Of a stretch of DNA of 64,000 nucleotides, positions 9,339 to 19,234 are shown piece by piece. The translations under genes were made by a program, and so were the position numbers. Each line of letters begins with the position of its first letter. Position 1 is the first letter of the stretch. The DNA is taken from the IMG/VR virus record IMGVR_UViG_3300008987_000001; one strand, 5' to 3'. Origin of the DNA: a virus (Duplodnaviria; Heunggongvirae; Uroviricota; Caudoviricetes). The notes beneath the pieces are model-generated. The model saw only the letters and a list, made by a program, of their open reading frames with translations, was not told where the DNA came from and did not search any database.

Positions 9339-9546
9339 AGTGTTAATCCTCCTTAAAATTAATTATAACATAGTTAACTTTCTATACAAATGTAAGGTGA
9401 TTTTAGATCATTACAGGATCGAATAGTTGATGCATCAATAACTTCATAGTTGCCCTCTATATTGTATGAAATATATACAGTAGCATTATCTGGAACCATT
9501 GCTAAACGTTCTTTTAATTCAATTGCTAACATTTTAATCCTCCTTG

Positions 9547-9858
9547 TTAATGTGAGTGGTGTAAAAGTTGGTCAATCATACCTGCTATATTTTTAACTCG
9601 CACTTCTAATTTGTTTAATCTACTTTCAATTGTATCTGGTTGTTCAATTGGATTGTAATACTTGCACATGATAGGGGCTAGCCCATTAAACGAATCTCTA
9701 CTATAAAATGGACAGAGAGGTTTATAATGTGCAATTGGATGAACATCATGGTTACACTGTGATACTACATCTTCACAGTAACAATTTAGTCCAAATGGTA
9801 ACTATCTCGCATGTTTACATGGTAACGTATTATTACATGGTGGTATGCTATTAATCAT
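9547..9858 (-). pseudogene. Cys-rich ORF with an in-frame TAG at codon 19 (amber read-through or nonsense mutation)
   Basis: ATG at 9858 has a GGAG SD and an ATGA overlap. TAG at 9802-9804 is followed by 84 sense codons to TAA at 9547-9549. C-terminus PDTIESRLNKLEVRV is paralogous to PQTIEERLYMIEKRI of the upstream gene. Confidence 0.6.
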
Positions 9859-10091
9859 GGTAATTTCTCCTTTTTCATCATGTATTCATATAATACACAT
9901 ATTCGTTTTTCAATCATATAGAGTCGTTCTTCGATTGTTTGAGGTGGTAATTTTTTAAATGCTTTGCAATTGTGGAATGCAAAATCTTCACTAGTAAATG
10001 CACAACGGGGATGTTCCTTGTTAAAGATGTAGGCTGTGCATACTGGTGGTTTGCATGGCTCACATGTTTGATGTTCACAGAATTTCATCAT
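9855..10091 (-). CDS. Cys-rich protein with a C-terminal coiled coil
   Basis: ORF track; tandem paralogue of 9547..9858. Confidence 0.7.
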   Translation of the reverse strand: MMKFCEHQTCEPCKPPVCTAYIFNKEHPRCAFTSEDFAFHNCKAFKKLPPQTIEERLYMIEKRICVLYEYMMKKEKLP

Positions 10092-10303
10092 GGTAATTGG
10101 TTCCTTTGGTTTAAATAATTTACAAAAGCTCCTTAATAATATCAGTATAAAATGTCTTTTGATATATTCGTGGTGTAGTTATTGGTAGCAATTCCTCTAG
10201 TAGTTTAATTTTATACTCATCAGGTAGTTGTCTAATTAGACTGCATATAGTTTTATAATTAGGTGGGATAATGTCATTCATAATTTCTCACCCGTTAATT
10301 AAC

Positions 10304-10642
10304 TTAACAACTTTCAACGATGTTTTGCAATCTGTTTTTATACTCATTTACAAACGATTCTGTAAAATGAATGATACTTGGTATGTCTTTAATTGCATTT
10401 TTTAACTTATTATTTTCTTCAATTAATTCTCGATTCATCAAGATAATATCTATATTGTTATCTGTAAATTTATCTGTTGGATTATTTACAATAACGTTTA
10501 ACTTTTCTATTATCTCATGTTCTTTTTTAACTAAACCTTTATCATATACCGTTCCATGATAATCACTATACTCTATTTGATTTGTATGAGCATATACCAA
10601 ATCTACAATATCTTTCTTCTTAATGATTACATAATCAGTCAT
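10304..10642 (-). CDS. Hypothetical coiled-coil protein
   Basis: ORF track; coupled to the upstream gene. Confidence 0.65.
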   Translation of the reverse strand: MTDYVIIKKKDIVDLVYAHTNQIEYSDYHGTVYDKGLVKKEHEIIEKLNVIVNNPTDKFTDNNIDIILMNRELIEENNKLKNAIKDIPSIIHFTESFVNEYKNRLQNIVESC

Positions 10643-10847
10643 GATTGTCCTCTGGTCGGTAAGATGTCTTACTACGTTCGATCTCGTTAATGCATAGTTG
10701 TATACCTTCTAATACTCCTATGGTATTGTATGCCATACCGAAGTTACGTTCAGTGAGGTATGCATTCAGGAGTTCGATGGTGTTGTGGTATTCAGCATGT
10801 AGATTGATTAATAGATGATCAATGTAGTGTAATGTATCTGCCTTCAT
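10635..10847 (-). CDS. Hypothetical protein
   Basis: ORF track; GGTGA SD. Confidence 0.65.
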   Translation of the reverse strand: MKADTLHYIDHLLINLHAEYHNTIELLNAYLTERNFGMAYNTIGVLEGIQLCINEIERSKTSYRPEDNHD

Positions 10848-11001
10848 GATGATTCACCACACCTACACCCCTGTTCGATTGATAGTAAATCTGCACATTC
10901 GATGTGTTCATAGCGTTTCTTACCACTATCATCATGATATGTTACATGATTCTTTTTTGTGTTTACTGGTTCATTGCATACTGCACATTTAGGCATGGGG
11001 A

Positions 11002-11379
11002 TCATCTCTTATAATCGAGTTCCTTGTAATAGATTGGTTCCTCATCATTATAGTAAGCAATTTCATTACTGAATGATTCACCATCCCATACAAATTTAAA
11101 TTCATCAGTTACATCTTCTTCCCATGAGAGGTGTTCTACCCATTCAGAACCATTATGATAATAGAATGAACGAATTGCTTCAATGAGATTACCCATTTCA
11201 TAGTTGGCCTGTGGATCCTGATATGACCAACCATTCATGGTGCTCATTGGATCTGATTGGTTTGTATAACCTGTTTGGGGATTGAAAAAGTTAATGCTGA
11301 AGTCGAGTCCTTGTCCTTCCCATTCCACTTTGCATTCAATGGAATGGTTAAGATAGTTGAATGTTACATTTTGTTTCAT
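11002..11379 (-). CDS. Acidic, aromatic-rich hypothetical protein
   Basis: ORF track; GAGG SD. Confidence 0.7.
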   Translation of the reverse strand: MKQNVTFNYLNHSIECKVEWEGQGLDFSINFFNPQTGYTNQSDPMSTMNGWSYQDPQANYEMGNLIEAIRSFYYHNGSEWVEHLSWEEDVTDEFKFVWDGESFSNEIAYYNDEEPIYYKELDYKR

Positions 11380-11789
11380 AATGGTGCCTCACTCTTCTTT
11401 ATAATTTGGTTCAATGCCTAATGCCTCTGGCCCATAAAATGCACCACATACATGACAGTAGACTTCATAATCGCGTTTTCCACCACAATAATTTTGTTTA
11501 TATGTTAATTCTGTTCCACAATTTTCACAATAGTAATGTATCATAATCACTCCTCCTCATCATAAATTATACTCCCATCAATGAAATGTTTAAACCTGTA
11601 TGTCTTGAGTTCATTAAAGGCTGTGGTTACTCCATCTTTGATCTCGTCTTCGGTGAAATGAGGGTGGTTATGTTTAATGTTTTGTACAATTTTGTTAAAG
11701 GTTGTTTGGTTCATAGAGGATACTCCTTTTATAGATCTGTTCTGTGCTACTAAATTTTAGAATTGATACATTGTTAAATGATGTTTTGT

Positions 11790-12707
11790 TCATAATGGTG
11801 TGTTATTCATACTCATGGCAATTCTCATTCCTTTGCCGGTGAGTTGTCTACCACGTCCCGATTTTGTGATGATGCCTTCTTGGATGAGATAGACTTCCAT
11901 GTTCTCAATATTCTTACGACTATCGTTTAAGAGTCCCATGATGCTGTTGATACCTGCTGGCATGTTGTTCATGGTATGATACAGTATATGGATGTATTGC
12001 CTATCATCATAGGTAAGACCATTTTCATCAATACCTAGATTCTGTAATGCATTACGCATGTCTGTGGATGTTATGATGGTTAGATCGTGTAGTATGGCAT
12101 AATCCTTGATGTTTTTTGCAAATTGGACTGCGTGACGTGGGATGTATCGGGTTGCATTTGCCAGCATCTCAATTGCTTTAGATTCAATTGATAAAGAGTT
12201 CAAGTAGAGTGATAGCATCCCACACATTTCGCTATGAGTGTATGGAATGAGTTTGAGATTTAACTCATTTCGATTAACAAACGGGACCGATAACTTTTCA
12301 ATCATATTTGTTGCTGAAATGATCGAGATACGTTTTCCAATCTCAAATGGTTCGATACGTCCATCCCCATACCGGAGATAGACTTTACCTTCATCCATGA
12401 ATCTATACAATATGCTTTCAATTGTTGATGGATCAAGAGCATGGACTTCATCAAGGAACAATATACCTTTGTCTGGGACTTTAAGTAGTTGGTTGAGAAC
12501 ATTGGGGTTGGGTGTTGCACAATTAAGTTCAATAATGGGCACATTCATGGATTCAGCAATGATATAGGCTAGGGTAGTCTTTCCGCCGCCAGACACACCG
12601 GTAATTAACGTGTGGGGGAATGAGGTATCTTTTTTCTTTGCTACGATGATGCTATTTGAGATGGTTTGTTTCACCATATCATTACCAATAAATTGTTCAA
12701 GTTTCAT
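11790..12707 (-). CDS. ruvB: RuvB-like Holliday junction branch-migration AAA+ ATPase
   Basis: L.QFIG N-terminus, HTLITGVSGGGKTTLA (Walker A), LFLDEVH (Walker B), ISATN sensor, and C-terminal wHTH PAGI...E.YLIQEGII.K..RGRQLT, which aligns with bacterial RuvB (PVG...EPYLIQ.G...TPRGR). Confidence 0.9.
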   Translation of the reverse strand: MKLEQFIGNDMVKQTISNSIIVAKKKDTSFPHTLITGVSGGGKTTLAYIIAESMNVPIIELNCATPNPNVLNQLLKVPDKGILFLDEVHALDPSTIESILYRFMDEGKVYLRYGDGRIEPFEIGKRISIISATNMIEKLSVPFVNRNELNLKLIPYTHSEMCGMLSLYLNSLSIESKAIEMLANATRYIPRHAVQFAKNIKDYAILHDLTIITSTDMRNALQNLGIDENGLTYDDRQYIHILYHTMNNMPAGINSIMGLLNDSRKNIENMEVYLIQEGIITKSGRGRQLTGKGMRIAMSMNNTPL

Positions 12708-12931
12708 GATTTTACCTCAAAAATGTTTTTAGATGACCTCCTGCTTGGGTCTTTCTTTAACTCCTAATTCGTATAACTTTTCGATTGTGTAGCCTGATTC
12801 CTTTTGAACCCTAACACATTTGAGCAGGGCACATTTAGCAGGGTTGCATGGTTGGTGTGTTTCGTAAATACAGTATAATGTCATGATCTATTCTCTCCAA
12901 TAAGTATAAATGTTAGAACGTTGTTTAATAT

Positions 12932-12992
12932 GGTGCCCCAAAGGCGAAAGAGTAAGGAAGGAGATCTTCTTCTTTCTTGTTCTTTTGTCAAG
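12932..12992 (+). ncRNA. Putative small RNA, family member 1
   Basis: TATAAA at 12905; GGTGCCCC at 12932; AGTAAGGAAGGAGATCTTCTTC hairpin; T-tract; TTTTGTCAAG. Confidence 0.5.
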
Positions 12993-13742
12993 AGTGTAGG
13001 TGGGGCCTTGTTTTAGGGTCGATTCTTTGAGCAATGGATGATCGTGTCGATGTGTTCAGCGTTTCTGATGTAGATGTTTCCTTGGAGTAGGCTTTCTATT
13101 GAATCAATCATAGAGCCTAATAACTCAAGATCTGGATGCATCGTTTCTATTTCAAATGTAAGGGTAAGTTTCATAGTGTATTACCTCATGTTTGTGGATT
13201 TTAAAGGCTGTCATCGTCCCATACTGGTTCGTTTGCATATTCAATTAACTCTTCATCAAAGTTAAGTGGTTTCATAATGGCACCTCATTTACTTGTTTGA
13301 CTGTATAATACTTACCTTCTGGTTTATGAGTTTCTAATAGTTCCATAAAGTCAGATAGGTTTAGTTCTGATTCAATGTGCATAGTTACTTCATAATGGTT
13401 CATGATTCTGCCTCATACCTAATGCTGACTGTTCGTTCAGGGGTGCCAAGTTTGCCAGAGTAAGATATGACTATGTAGGTTGTGATGTCCTTGACAAATG
13501 ATTCTAGGTCAGTGTCGGTTGTTGGACCCTTGAAAGTTTTAGTTCTGATCATGATTCATCACTCGCTCCATTCGGCAAGGTTGGTGTCGATATCTAGGAA
13601 TTTTTGTTTGAGGGTTAGTGCTTCCTGTTTAATAGGATTGAAGTCTGCTCTAGTGCTGTAGTATGTTGAGAGTGCACTATTGATGAGTTGGACTTCATTA
13701 GTTGTAAGGGTTATGTTATGTATGCTCATGATTTGTGCTCCT

Positions 13743-14189
13743 TTAGATGTAACCGAGTTGTCTCATGCTGCTGATTCCTACCTTGCTAATTATTATGTGA
13801 TCGAGTAGTGATATACCGATGATGTCACCTGCTTGTTTTATCTGGTTTGTTACATCTATGTCTTGTTTTGATGGATCTAGGTTGCCAGATGGGTGGTTAT
13901 GGATTGCAATGATGGCCATAGCATTGTCTTTGATTGCTGCACGGTAGATTTCACGGGGATGGATAAGACTGTGGTTTAGAAGTCCTTTGGTGATAGTATG
14001 GGTCTTGATTACTTCTGATGCTCCATTAAGGGTGAGAATAGTAAAGTGCTCTACTGATTTAGATGCAAGGTCTACAATGCTCTTGATTTGTAAGACATCT
14101 TCTGGGACTGTGATAGATGGGTGTTTTGGGATAGAGTATCGGGTTATCATCTCTTCATAAACTGCTGATGGGAATGATTTAGGGCTCAT
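13743..14189 (-). CDS. radC: RadC-family JAB/MPN domain protein
   Basis: E.F..L.L, HPREIYRAAI, HNHPSG..PS..D and LLDHIII motifs. Confidence 0.92.
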   Translation of the reverse strand: MSPKSFPSAVYEEMITRYSIPKHPSITVPEDVLQIKSIVDLASKSVEHFTILTLNGASEVIKTHTITKGLLNHSLIHPREIYRAAIKDNAMAIIAIHNHPSGNLDPSKQDIDVTNQIKQAGDIIGISLLDHIIISKVGISSMRQLGYI

Positions 14190-14356
14190 GATTTGTGCTC
14201 CTTGTATTTAGAATTGTTCAATCGTCTTCACAATAGTCACATTCCCATTGTCCACCACGGTATGATGCGGTTCCATCTCCATTTGATACGAATGGACCAT
14301 AGGGTATCTGATGCATTTCATTGAATGGTTTAGTTTTACCACACAGATGGCATTTT

Positions 14357-14620
14357 TTATAACACATGATTACACCTGCATTTACACGCTGAATTGATCA
14401 TTTCATTTACATATGGATTCATGATGGGTGATACCATAGCGAATCGTTTACACCATTCCCATGAGTCTTCCAAGTCATATGGATCACTGATGATGATGTA
14501 GGGTGTTTCATAACCGATGGTGATGCTGAACCATCCATTGGAGCATGATGAAATGTAGTATATGATTTGAAGGGTGATCCCATTGATGGTGACTTGTCTG
14601 CATAGTTTAGAGTTGTTCAT
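14357..14620 (-). CDS. Hypothetical protein
   Basis: ORF track; GGAG SD. Confidence 0.55.
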   Translation of the reverse strand: MNNSKLCRQVTINGITLQIIYYISSCSNGWFSITIGYETPYIIISDPYDLEDSWEWCKRFAMVSPIMNPYVNEMINSACKCRCNHVL

Positions 14621-14826
14621 GAGTTAACTCCATTGCACATTGTTTCATGATACACCTCACTCCAGTTCATTTATAGATTCAATTTGAATGTCATCTTTGT
14701 CAATTTCTATCCAAGTGTTTAAATTTGAGTTTGATATAATTTCATGCACTTTTTCTTTTGATGATGCCTCCACATATGCTTCATAATGGAATGTCTGTGA
14801 TACAGTTACGAGATATACCACCATGT

Positions 14827-15084
14827 TTACTCCTTCTCATTTGTGATAGGCTTATCATTTGTGGTTGTGCCATACATACGGGTATTTGCATAGGCTCGTA
14901 ATTCGATTGCTGCATCAAGGGATTTTTTAAAGGCTTCTGGGTTGTTAAAGTTACCAGATACCTTGATTTCTCCCTGCCGACCCGGTGTGCCAATGGTTAG
15001 GGTTCCTTTACCATCATCATCAGTGATGTGCTCAATTTTAATGTTACGAAGAATGGATCTGTCTAATTTGTCAAAGAGGGACAT
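14827..15084 (-). CDS. Hypothetical protein (IGTP..QG.IKV.GNFNNPE motif)
   Basis: ORF track; GAGGT SD. Confidence 0.7.
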   Translation of the reverse strand: MSLFDKLDRSILRNIKIEHITDDDGKGTLTIGTPGRQGEIKVSGNFNNPEAFKKSLDAAIELRAYANTRMYGTTTNDKPITNEKE

Positions 15085-15095
15085 GTTGTGTTACC

Positions 15096-15305
15096 TCACT
15101 TAATTGATTTGAGTATGCGATCTTCTACTACGATTTGTGCATACCATTTACGTTCTGATTCAGATGGTCCAACAATTGCCCCCGTGTAAGTTTCAAGGGT
15201 TTTAAATTCAAATGGCGATGGTGAGATTACGTAACCAATCTCTTTACCTTTCATGTTTTTTAATGCTGTTTTAGTTTTGAAATATGATGAGAGGAATGCT
15301 GTCAT
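15096..15305 (-). CDS. Hypothetical protein (VGPSE.ERKWYAQI motif)
   Basis: ORF track; GGAG SD. Confidence 0.65.
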   Translation of the reverse strand: MTAFLSSYFKTKTALKNMKGKEIGYVISPSPFEFKTLETYTGAIVGPSESERKWYAQIVVEDRILKSIK

Positions 15306-16568
15306 GGGATTGTTACTCCTTAATATTAAATGTCTTTAACGGTTAATGGTTCTTCAGTCCATATCCATTTATGAATGTCATAACCTTTTAAACAACAAGA
15401 CGGTCTGCCATAATCATAAATATCATCTGCTGTTTCTGCAAAACATGGTTTACTGCATGATTTACATATCCATTTGCCATAATTTACTTTCATGAGGTGT
15501 TACTCCGCTTAATTGACAGTTTGACTTCATGATGGAAGTAGTAGGCTAACTAGACTGTATAATATATTGTAGGAAGGTGTTACTATTGCACCTACAATAC
15601 ACCGTAAAGGGGTTAGTTTAACAGAAATAGAGAAACAGAGGGATTGGCATAACAGTTTTTGTGCTTTACATCCGGAACCTGATAACGGATCAAATGCATA
15701 ATTGGAGTTGAACCAATATGTGCATAAAATATGATATGTGGAAGGTTAGGGCTTGGTGCTTTGTTTCATATGGGTGGATTTGAGTAATGGATCGGGCTGA
15801 ATGAGTGTGGTAGTTTTTATCACAGGGTTTCACCTGTAAGGGTAGTTATGGAATTGCACCATGTGAAACTATTCTACCTAAAATGTATTGGGGTGTGTTG
15901 TTTCATATAAATGAAGTTTAATGCTGGTGTGGTCATTTTATATGAGTTAGGGGTAAAAGAATGGCTACGGTTTAGTTTTTGACAAGGGTTTCGCCTTGAA
16001 ATATGTGGAAGGATGGATTGAACCTTCTGCACATATACTTTGTTCGATTGTCGATTAACCTCTTGCATCTATCACCGATAGACTCTAGGGGTTTTTAGTT
16101 GTTAGTTGTCGTGGGGTATACCGTTCGGATCTGGGTGTCTATGCTTCCAACAATCATTGGAGGGATACTAATGATATTTATCCACTATAATAGTTCTATT
16201 TTAGAACCTTCGTATAAGTGGTATCACTGACCATACCTATGTTGGTTCAGGGATAGACGATCCTAATTGGGTGTTTGCCTATATCACAAGGGGGAGTATA
16301 CCACGCTCATAGTCCCTTGCTCATCAGTGTAGCACACTTCATTGGTTGTTTCGAGCAACCTCCTGTGCACATACAATAGTTGACGTTTGAAGTATATAAT
16401 GATTGTGATTTTATATTGGGGGTTGTATATTTGTTTGTGGAAAGGTGATGATTTGTGGTGGAATAACCAGGATTTGGGGCCCTGGAGCAAAATAGAGGGT
16501 GATTTAAGTGTGGATTGGTTTAGTCATTAAGGATATACTGTCATATAAGTTGTAAAAACTAATACTTG

Positions 16569-16610
16569 GGTGCCCACACGATGAAAAGTATAGGAAGTAA
16601 TCTTTTTTAG
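16569..16610 (+). ncRNA. Putative small RNA, family member 2
   Basis: TATAAG at 16544; GTGCCCACACGATGAAAAGTATAGGAAG is near-identical to 45292-45318; ends at TCTTTTTT. Confidence 0.5.
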
Positions 16611-16637
16611 GTGATGAGTTACTATTTTAGTAATTGT

Positions 16638-17294
16638 TTAGTCTAAAGCGCAAATGTAATTACCGTATTGAGTGGCAATAGCGCAAGCAATTCCACTGTA
16701 AGTAATACTTCTCAACTTCCATCTATCGGCTGATGGTGCCATGTAGTGGCATTTGTTGGTTTGGTTTTTGGGTAAGGTATCCATGATGGCCTTGACATTG
16801 TTGGTTGGTTGTAATAATGGTAGATTCTTGAGCCATAAGCAGGTGGCTTTGGTTTCAGTGTGGCCAAATTGATAGGGTTGGATTATTTGACTATGATTCG
16901 CACCAATAAGGGCTTTAGCGTGCTTATGCATGATTGGGTTTTCGATGCAGATGTGTGGGATGTTTGCATTGTAGAGTGTTAAGAAGAAGTTGGCTGCTTC
17001 ATTGAGGTTGGACCATCGTTCTTCATTACGGGATTTATCCTTATTATATAACCAGCGCACGCCACTATTTGTGAGATACTGACAACTTGGATGAGCAATC
17101 ATGAGGTCATAGTCGTTGTTGAGGATATCACATACATCGCCTTGGTAATGGAGTGATGGATCTGTGTATTTGGTTGATTCACAGGGCAATAGATCACAAC
17201 TAATGGCATTGAAGCCCCGATCAAGGAATGCGTCTCTTACGGTTCCTGAAAATTCACATGCCACAAGGATCTTGGTGTCTGATGGTTCACGCAT
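16638..17294 (-). CDS. Phage C5 DNA-cytosine methyltransferase-like protein
   Basis: ILVACEFSG (motif I-like), SCDLLP, GDV, AHPSC (catalytic PC region), IENP (motif VI), QPYQFGH and K.TCLWL motifs. Confidence 0.7.
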   Translation of the reverse strand: MREPSDTKILVACEFSGTVRDAFLDRGFNAISCDLLPCESTKYTDPSLHYQGDVCDILNNDYDLMIAHPSCQYLTNSGVRWLYNKDKSRNEERWSNLNEAANFFLTLYNANIPHICIENPIMHKHAKALIGANHSQIIQPYQFGHTETKATCLWLKNLPLLQPTNNVKAIMDTLPKNQTNKCHYMAPSADRWKLRSITYSGIACAIATQYGNYICALD

Positions 17295-17439
17295 GAGGTA
17301 AATGTATAGAAGTGGAAGTATAAAAATAGATTGGTAGTGATCAATAATATGATTATGTAAAAGAGGTGCGGTGAGGTGGACTCACGTGCTGTAATGAGAA
17401 TACTCAAAGATATGGTCGTATAAAAGAGGTATGGTGTGG

Positions 17440-17685
17440 TTAGTCATTGTAATGGAAGTATTCAAACACATGACTAGTCATGATCTGATATGCCATATTG
17501 GTGTAGTAATCCTGAACTGCCAATGGAATTGTTATGTTCTCAAAATCTAATATGGTGGACTTGTTTAGATCATCTAGGTTGATGTTGAATGTGATGTGGG
17601 CTGTGGGGTTGAATCGGATGGTAAGTATGCCTTTGTTAGTTGAATCGTCTTGCTGATAGTCAATTGATACAGTGTTTATGGTCAT
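17440..17685 (-). CDS. Hypothetical protein
   Basis: ORF track; GGAG SD. Confidence 0.6.
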   Translation of the reverse strand: MTINTVSIDYQQDDSTNKGILTIRFNPTAHITFNINLDDLNKSTILDFENITIPLAVQDYYTNMAYQIMTSHVFEYFHYND

Positions 17686-17703
17686 GTTGTTATTGCTCCT
17701 TGG

Positions 17704-17910
17704 TTATATGTCATCTGGGTGGAATGATGCATTTCCACATTTAGGGCATATCATTGGTGGGATGGTTGGATCGCTGGTGATTATCGCTGTCCATTTGTCG
17801 AATTCAGAGTGTGAGCGTTTGTGACAGTGAGGACATGTGTAATAACAGGTATCTCCATCATCAGAGTCTACAATTGCTACTGGGAGACCATGATTAATTT
17901 CACTTGGCAT
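17704..17910 (-). CDS. Zn-ribbon protein (2x CxxC)
   Basis: CPHC...CPKCG; TATA upstream at about 17931. Confidence 0.65.
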   Translation of the reverse strand: MPSEINHGLPVAIVDSDDGDTCYYTCPHCHKRSHSEFDKWTAIITSDPTIPPMICPKCGNASFHPDDI

Positions 17911-17987
17911 ATAGGATAATGGGTGTTAAAAGTATATAATTGTTTGGGTTTTATATTGATGGGTTGTGAAAATAGAGGGGGGTGTGT

Positions 17988-18881
17988 TTATGTTTTGCTA
18001 ATGGGCTTATTGTATTCTTCGGTTGCTTCATCGACAAGGAGATCCATAAGTTCAAGGGTGTCACGATCTCGTTTGTTTAGGTAGTAATCAGATGCTTTGC
18101 GTTTCATGGAGTTTGTAATGGCTTTCATGCGAAGAGTTGGTGAGATTGTTACTTTAAAGATGTCACGGGCCTTTTGCTGCGCACTTCGCATATGTTTCTC
18201 AAGGATGAGGTTGATCATGTGATCGAATTTATCATCTGGATTCAGGAGCCTTGGAATTGCTTCATAATAGTTACCTTCTTCATCGGTATTTGGCTTCCGT
18301 GCCTGACATTGTGTGCAACAGTATCGTGACCCCATGTTAGTGACTGCTTTGAATACTGATTTGCAAGTGTTGCACCGATACCATAGAGGGGTGAGACCAC
18401 GGGCATGATTCGCACATGTTGATGAGCAGTAGATACCTTGTCCTTTCTTAACGCGGTGCATCTGGATGGTGAATTCTTTGTTACAAAAGGAGCATCTTCT
18501 TACTACATTCCCGCGTTTCCTCACGATAGTTGAATCATCAGGGGTCCGGTTACAACTATAGTATTCAGAGCGGCAAGAACGTGAGCAGAATTGCTTGGAC
18601 GATGAATGTGTCCATTCTGCTGCTCCACAATTCTCACAGATGCAGATACGTCCACCACCATTTGATCCGGGACCATACAATGGGTGTTCTTCTAAACCAA
18701 GAGATGCCAGATGGTATTCATGATTGACAAATCTTTTAGTGCCCTTGTTGAATTCATTTGCTAATTTCCAGAATTCTTTGCCTTTCAAATTCATGGTTCT
18801 CACAAATTGGTTGTCAGAGTATTTAAATGTTTTGGTCAGCGAAGCAAGGGGGTATTTTAGTGTTTTGTATAGATATTTCAA
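17988..18881 (-). CDS. Protein with 3 tandem CxxC..F...(F/Y)CSxxC treble-clef Zn-finger repeats
   Basis: CENCG...FCSRSC, CSFCNKEF...YCSSTC, CNTCKSVF...YCCTQC. Confidence 0.75.
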   Translation of the reverse strand: MKYLYKTLKYPLASLTKTFKYSDNQFVRTMNLKGKEFWKLANEFNKGTKRFVNHEYHLASLGLEEHPLYGPGSNGGGRICICENCGAAEWTHSSSKQFCSRSCRSEYYSCNRTPDDSTIVRKRGNVVRRCSFCNKEFTIQMHRVKKGQGIYCSSTCANHARGLTPLWYRCNTCKSVFKAVTNMGSRYCCTQCQARKPNTDEEGNYYEAIPRLLNPDDKFDHMINLILEKHMRSAQQKARDIFKVTISPTLRMKAITNSMKRKASDYYLNKRDRDTLELMDLLVDEATEEYNKPISKT

Positions 18882-18913
18882 CTATTATGAAACACCCTCT
18901 CTTTATAATGTAA

Positions 18914-19234
18914 ATGGGGGGTTGTGTTATGAATGATCCATATTTGAGACTTGATGAGGTTTTGGTTGTAAAGGATGATGTAAATGATATCTATGCATTA
19001 CGGGATGACATGTATAGAAATGGATATATAATGTATAATAGGCATGATTCTGATGGGAGTTATTGTTTTGTGAAAGAGAGTGTGCTTATTGAGTATGTGA
19101 GTGTATTGTGGGAACATATGAGGGTTGAGAATGTCATGGACCATGAAGAGGTGACCAAGTTAGAGTGTTTATTGAGAGATCCATTACGATATGAGTGGAA
19201 ATGGAAGAATTTTAGCAATAGAGGGGAATGGTAA
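18914..19234 (+). CDS. Hypothetical protein, inverted relative to the left arm
   Basis: ORF track; CCCTCTCTTTATAATGTAAA promoter-like motif at 18895-18914; true start probably ATG 18929. Confidence 0.55.
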   Translation: MGGCVMNDPYLRLDEVLVVKDDVNDIYALRDDMYRNGYIMYNRHDSDGSYCFVKESVLIEYVSVLWEHMRVENVMDHEEVTKLECLLRDPLRYEWKWKNFSNRGEW

